Shown one piece after another: positions 59,924 to 64,000 of a DNA stretch of 64,000 nucleotides; the stretch's first letter is position 1, and every line of letters begins with the position of its first letter. Origin of the DNA: a virus; the IMG/VR virus record IMGVR_UViG_3300036820_000003, positions 65,941-129,940 of that record; one strand, written 5' to 3'. A model generated the notes under the pieces. The model was not told where the DNA came from, made no database searches, and was given only the letters and a program-made list of their open reading frames with translations. Both the position numbers and the translations under genes were made by a program.

Positions 59924-60727
59924 GTGCGCTATGACGTTTTCATGTTCAACAACGAGCTTGACGTGCTGGAAATGCGACTCACCGAGCTGCAGGAAATCGA
60001 AGATCTGCGACACGTGCTGATCGAGGCCCCGATCAATCATCAGGGACGGGAAAAGGAACTCTGGTACTCCGACAATCGCGAGCGATTTTCAGAGTGGGAG
60101 GATCGGATCATCCGCGTGATCGCGGAAGGACTGCCCTCGGCTGAGCAGGACCCGAACCCGTGGAGTCGAGAGCACGCGCAGCGCGAGTGCGCCCGGCAAG
60201 GCCTTTCGGAGGCCTTGCCGGGCGATATTGTGCTGCACGGGGACGTTGACGAGATCCCCCGGGAGTGGGCGGCGCGAATGGAGCCGGGGAAGTGGGGCGT
60301 GGGAGCGCGAGCGCTGAGCATGCGTCATCACTTCTGGGCTGTGGACTGGCAGCATCCGGATCCGTGGACCGGGACGGTGGTCACACGGCTGGAGCGGATC
60401 GTGTCGTTCGCCGGGATCAGGATGATGCGCAACTCCATTCCGCTGGTGGAGGACGCAGGCTGGCACATCTCGGCGCTGGGCGGTCCCGAGGCGATTCGCG
60501 GGAAGCTGGACAGCTTCTGCCACCTGGAAATGCGGGGCATGCTAGAGCAGGGTCTGGCTGAGTCCGCGTTCTTCGAACGCGGACTCGCCTGGGGGCCGGA
60601 CGGACGGCTGGGCGGGACTATGCTGCGCGGCGTGGACGTCGACGAGGGATGGCCACGCTGGATACGCGAGGGGCACGCGCCCGCGTCGTGGTTCCGGCCT
60701 AGGACGGATGTTGCACGTGAGTTATGA
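59924..60727 (+). CDS. GT17-family glycosyltransferase (beta-1,4-GlcNAc-transferase-like)
   Basis: YDVFMFNNELDVLEMRL, WSREHAQR, GDVDEIP, GWHIS..G. Confidence 0.82.
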   Translation: MRYDVFMFNNELDVLEMRLTELQEIEDLRHVLIEAPINHQGREKELWYSDNRERFSEWEDRIIRVIAEGLPSAEQDPNPWSREHAQRECARQGLSEALPGDIVLHGDVDEIPREWAARMEPGKWGVGARALSMRHHFWAVDWQHPDPWTGTVVTRLERIVSFAGIRMMRNSIPLVEDAGWHISALGGPEAIRGKLDSFCHLEMRGMLEQGLAESAFFERGLAWGPDGRLGGTMLRGVDVDEGWPRWIREGHAPASWFRPRTDVAREL

Positions 60728-60891
60728 GGAACTGCAGGAAATGACGGTCGAGTCGGATCTTGATTCTGTATGCCCGGCGAAAGAACTAGAATTTTTCGGG
60801 CCAATTCCACCGGAGCCGATTCCGGAAGAAGAACTCAGGAAGTACCCGGATCCTCGTATATGGCAGTATCGAGTTTGCTAGGGAGTTGCGA

Positions 60892-61548
60892 ATGAGCAGG
60901 ACGCACGCGCCGTCAGGCTGGCAGTATCGCACGCACGATCCGGAGGGACTGCACGAGGAGCTGTGGGGGTGGGTGAGCGGGAGGGACGGCTGGGACATCG
61001 GGGCGAATGAGGGTCAGTCGGTGGACCGGATGAAGGCGAACGGATTCGAGACGGTGCTCGCGGTCGAGCCCGCCCTGGAGTCCTTCCGAATCCTGGAGCG
61101 AGAGTGGCCGTCGGGATTCCAGGGCGTGGTACTGCGGAATGAGGCGGTGGGGGCGTGCCGGGGACTGATGGACCTGTCGGTGCGGATGACGCCGATTCGC
61201 GGCGGTCAGCTGGTCGCGCCGTGGGTGTCGCCTTCGGGATGGTACGGGACGGAGCTGTACCAGCGGTCCGTCCGCTGCACTACCCTCGATGAGTTGCAAG
61301 GCGAGTACGGGCAGCCCGACTTCATTAAGATCGACACCGAGGGATTCGAGGAGCAGATCCTGCAGGGCGGTCGGTCGGTGATTCAGGTCGGGTGCAGCTG
61401 GCTGATTGAATTCCACTCTCCCGCGCTGAAAGAGTCGTGCGTCGAGATGCTAGGCCGAAATCCGGCTCATGAGATCCGAGTGCTCGACAATCCGGAGAGC
61501 GCGGACGGGAACGGCTGGCTGCTGGTGAAGTTCGATGAAGAGGCTTAA
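60892..61548 (+). CDS. FkbM-family methyltransferase
   Basis: WDIGANEG, LAVEP, IKIDTEGFE. Confidence 0.85.
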   Translation: MSRTHAPSGWQYRTHDPEGLHEELWGWVSGRDGWDIGANEGQSVDRMKANGFETVLAVEPALESFRILEREWPSGFQGVVLRNEAVGACRGLMDLSVRMTPIRGGQLVAPWVSPSGWYGTELYQRSVRCTTLDELQGEYGQPDFIKIDTEGFEEQILQGGRSVIQVGCSWLIEFHSPALKESCVEMLGRNPAHEIRVLDNPESADGNGWLLVKFDEEA

Positions 61549-61999
61549 TCTGGGAGCGGGGTACGACATCCTGGCGGGATGGGTCAATTCGGATCTGGTG
61601 GCGCTGCCCGGGATTGATGTTGTGCACGACTTGGATGTCGCTCCGTGGCCGTGGGAGGACGGATCGGTTAACTCGATCCGCTCGATCGACGTGTTCGAAC
61701 ATGTGGACGACCCTGTTGTCTTTATGAACGAGTGCTGCCGAGTGCTGAAAACGGGTGGCATTCTGCACATCCGATCGCCTTTCTGGAAGCACGAAAACGC
61801 CTATATCGACCCCACGCACAAGAGATTTTGCACTGAGCGGACCTTTGACTACTGGATCCGAGGGACGGAATTCCACGGCAAGTACGGTCAGGCTTACTGT
61901 CGGGAGGGCGTGCTGTTCGAGAGGATCAGCACGGAGCTGACGGACGGGAACTCGAACGTGACAGTGGTGCTGCGGAAGGTCGAGGTGGGCAATGCGTGA
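61535..61999 (+). CDS. SAM-dependent methyltransferase (type 11-like)
   Basis: LNLGAG, GWVNSD, HDLD..PWPWEDGSV, VFEH. Confidence 0.85.
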   Translation: MKRLNLGAGYDILAGWVNSDLVALPGIDVVHDLDVAPWPWEDGSVNSIRSIDVFEHVDDPVVFMNECCRVLKTGGILHIRSPFWKHENAYIDPTHKRFCTERTFDYWIRGTEFHGKYGQAYCREGVLFERISTELTDGNSNVTVVLRKVEVGNA

Positions 62000-62807
62000 C
62001 GACGTGGTTGTGCTGATGACAGCTTACCGACGTCCGGGGTACCTGAGGAAAGTGCTCACATCGTGGCGGCAGGTCCGGGGGATCGAGGACGTGCAAATCG
62101 TGCTGGCGCTGGAGCCCTCAGACCGTCAGGGGGCGATGCTGGGGGTGATCCGTGATTCGGTTGAGGCGGGGCTTAACATCAAGCTTCGGGTGAATGACGG
62201 GGTGCTGGGCGTGGACGTCAACATCGTGGAGGCCGCCTCGAGATTGTGGTGGGAGCGCCAGTCGCTTGAGTACATGATCTTCGCCGAGGACGACCTGGTG
62301 GTGTCAAGTGACACGCTGGAGTACTTCCTGTGGGCGGATCGGGAATTCCGAGATCGCGAAGACGTGCTGCTTGTCAACGCTCACACTGATGACGGGGCGG
62401 CTGAGGGAAGCCCGGAGGATGAGGTGTATCTCGGTCAGCGTCTGCGCTGCTGGGTGTGGGCGACGTGGCGGGATCGCTGGGATGACGTGCTGAAGCCGAC
62501 GTGGGATCGGGATGTGTCGTCATGGGAGTATCCGGGGGATCCGTGCGACTGGGCGTGGAATCTGGATCTTCGGGTGATCCCGCGCGGCGGATTCCGGACG
62601 GTGCTGCCTGCTGCGTCGCGCTCGGAGAATATCGGCAGGTTCGAGGGCGTGCACGCCGATCCCGGGCTGTTCCAGGGGACGAAGAATCCTTCGTTTAGGG
62701 CTTCGCGCGAGCCGGTGGAGTACCGGCTCACGCACGAGGAGGAAGTCCTGCCCGTCGGCTGGCGGAAGCACAGGGACGGGCGAGTTACGCCTCCTCAATC
62801 TCCTTGA
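61992..62807 (+). CDS. GT-A fold glycosyltransferase
   Basis: LMTAYRRPGYL, IFAEDDL, SRSENIG. Confidence 0.75.
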   Translation: MRDDVVVLMTAYRRPGYLRKVLTSWRQVRGIEDVQIVLALEPSDRQGAMLGVIRDSVEAGLNIKLRVNDGVLGVDVNIVEAASRLWWERQSLEYMIFAEDDLVVSSDTLEYFLWADREFRDREDVLLVNAHTDDGAAEGSPEDEVYLGQRLRCWVWATWRDRWDDVLKPTWDRDVSSWEYPGDPCDWAWNLDLRVIPRGGFRTVLPAASRSENIGRFEGVHADPGLFQGTKNPSFRASREPVEYRLTHEEEVLPVGWRKHRDGRVTPPQSP

Positions 62808-63907
62808 GAGCCGGGCTCCAGTGATCCGCGAGCACCCGGCCGACGCTGTACTGGAGAGCGAACTCGCGAGCCTGCTGGCGGAGTGATGAGGCCTCGGTGT
62901 AGGCTTTCTCGTAGGCCGCCTCGATCTCGCGGACGTTCGGCTTGGACCACCAGGATTGGTGAGCGGCATTCCAGAACGGCTCTCCCTCTACGAGAAAACC
63001 GGCTCCGGTCAGCTCCGGCATGGAACTGAAGTTGTTGGTGACGACCGGAGTGCCGCAGGCTTGCGCCTCGATGATCGGGAGACCGAAGCCCTCCGCATGG
63101 CTGGTGGCGGTCAGCACGTCAGCCGCCCCGTAGAACGCCGCGAGGTTGGATGGCTGGATGCGCCCGGTGATGATGCCGTACTGATCGCTGAAGCGCACTC
63201 GGTCCTTGATGCCGAGCGTGGTCACGATGTCCATCAGGTTGAGCGCCTGCGGGCACTGGACCAGGGAGTGCACGAGCAGGAGGGCGTCCGGATGCTTCTG
63301 CGAGAATCGGGAGAACGCGAGGAACTGCTCGGGGAAGCTCTTGCGGACGGCGTCCTTGTTGGCCGCGTTCATCGCGATAACGAAGGCGTCCTCCGGGATT
63401 CCCAGCTCCGAGCGAACCCGTGCGCGGGAGTCGGGCGGTGCGAACACGGAGGTGTCGATGCCGTGCGGCACGTACAGCGTGGCGAATCCGGCTTCTTCGA
63501 GCTGCTGTCTTCCGAACTTGCTGATCGCTATGGGGATCGAACCCGACGCCTGCAGATAGCGCTTGTCGAGAGCCGAGAGAGGGCTGCAGTCGATCGGGAG
63601 CCAGTTTGCGACCTTGAATCCGTGAGTCTGGCTGGGATCGATCACCCACGCGTCCATGATGGTGAGGATCAGGTCAGCCCCGACGGTCTTGGCGTGCGCC
63701 CCGAGAATGTCATTCCCGTAGGGGTCGAATCCCTGTGGCAGGATGGGGATGTTCTCCCACATGCTGGGAGCCCCCGCCAGCCCGTGGAATGACGCGATGA
63801 TGACCTCGTGTCCGAGGTCTCGGAATCGCGGTGCCCACATCGCGGTCTGCGTACCATATCCTGTACCCGTCCAAGGCGAGTAAATTCGAGCTAATCAAAA
63901 TCTTCAC
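62785..63907 (-). pseudogene. GT4 (GT-B) glycosyltransferase with a frameshift after codon 8
   Basis: GTG 63907 gives MKILISSN; SPWTGTGYGTQT and the rest (EGFGLPIIEAQACG) are in the +1 frame; could also be a sequencing error or recoding. Confidence 0.6.
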
Positions 63908-64000
63908 TCTTGCACCACCTCCTTCAGCGAGGGGTGCGGACACCCCCCTTCGTGCTGACATTTTGCTGTACATGACTGAGAGCAATGTCGCACGCGATCG

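Larger units (their letters stand above)
1..64000. mobile_element. Segment of a large actinobacterial tailed phage/prophage (siphovirus-type)
   Basis: Ordered TerS-TerL-portal-protease-capsid-tail-TMP-lysis genes, tRNAs, Lsr2; no host housekeeping genes; no integrase in window. Confidence 0.95.

Noticed and set aside
1-64000. CRISPR array, integrase/attP, transposase, dUMP hydroxymethylase, gmhB, FxsC or HEXXH partner
   Set aside because: Looked for and not found; the dispersed repeats are not regularly spaced; these genes may lie outside the window

Overview
The whole window reads as part of a large GC-rich tailed phage (siphovirus-like, or prophage) of an Actinomycetota host. Host clues are Lsr2, an FxsB-type radical SAM enzyme, SigA-type and leaderless promoters, and actinobacterial-style tRNAs. 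No integrase, transposase, replication genes or CRISPR array are visible, and both ends are cut mid-genome. Layout: (1) 1-11.5 kb is a leftward accessory arm with a QxxRW glycan synthase, a beta-helix protein, a secreted protein, a vWA protein, a metallophosphoesterase and a RiPP-like pair. That pair is an FxsB-type rSAM/SPASM maturase plus an unannotated 57-aa precursor carrying three FxS/NxI cores, which overlaps the 5' end of the maturase ORF in another frame. (2) 11.5-16 kb holds three tRNAs, small genes, a permuted papain-like enzyme and a LysM transglycosylase. (3) 16-21.6 kb is a thymine-hypermodification-type cluster (ParB, amino acid:DNA transferase, amidoligase, LMW phosphatase, FAD oxidoreductase, 5-hmdU DNA kinase, TET/JBP-like dioxygenase with AT-hooks) that runs into the terminase genes. 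(4) 21.6-56.8 kb is the virion module: TerS, TerL, an intein-portal-MuF-Nudix fusion, protease/scaffold, capsid, tail, a -1 frameshifted chaperone and the tape measure protein. (5) 56.8-64 kb has membrane proteins, a gmhA-hddC-hddA GDP-heptose operon, a GH25-like endolysin and a glycosyl/methyltransferase cluster. Best candidates for undescribed systems: the phage-borne multicore triceptide RiPP, the DNA-modification pathway with unusual tailoring enzymes, and the phage heptose/glycosylation module. All family calls come from motifs read by eye; no database search was run.
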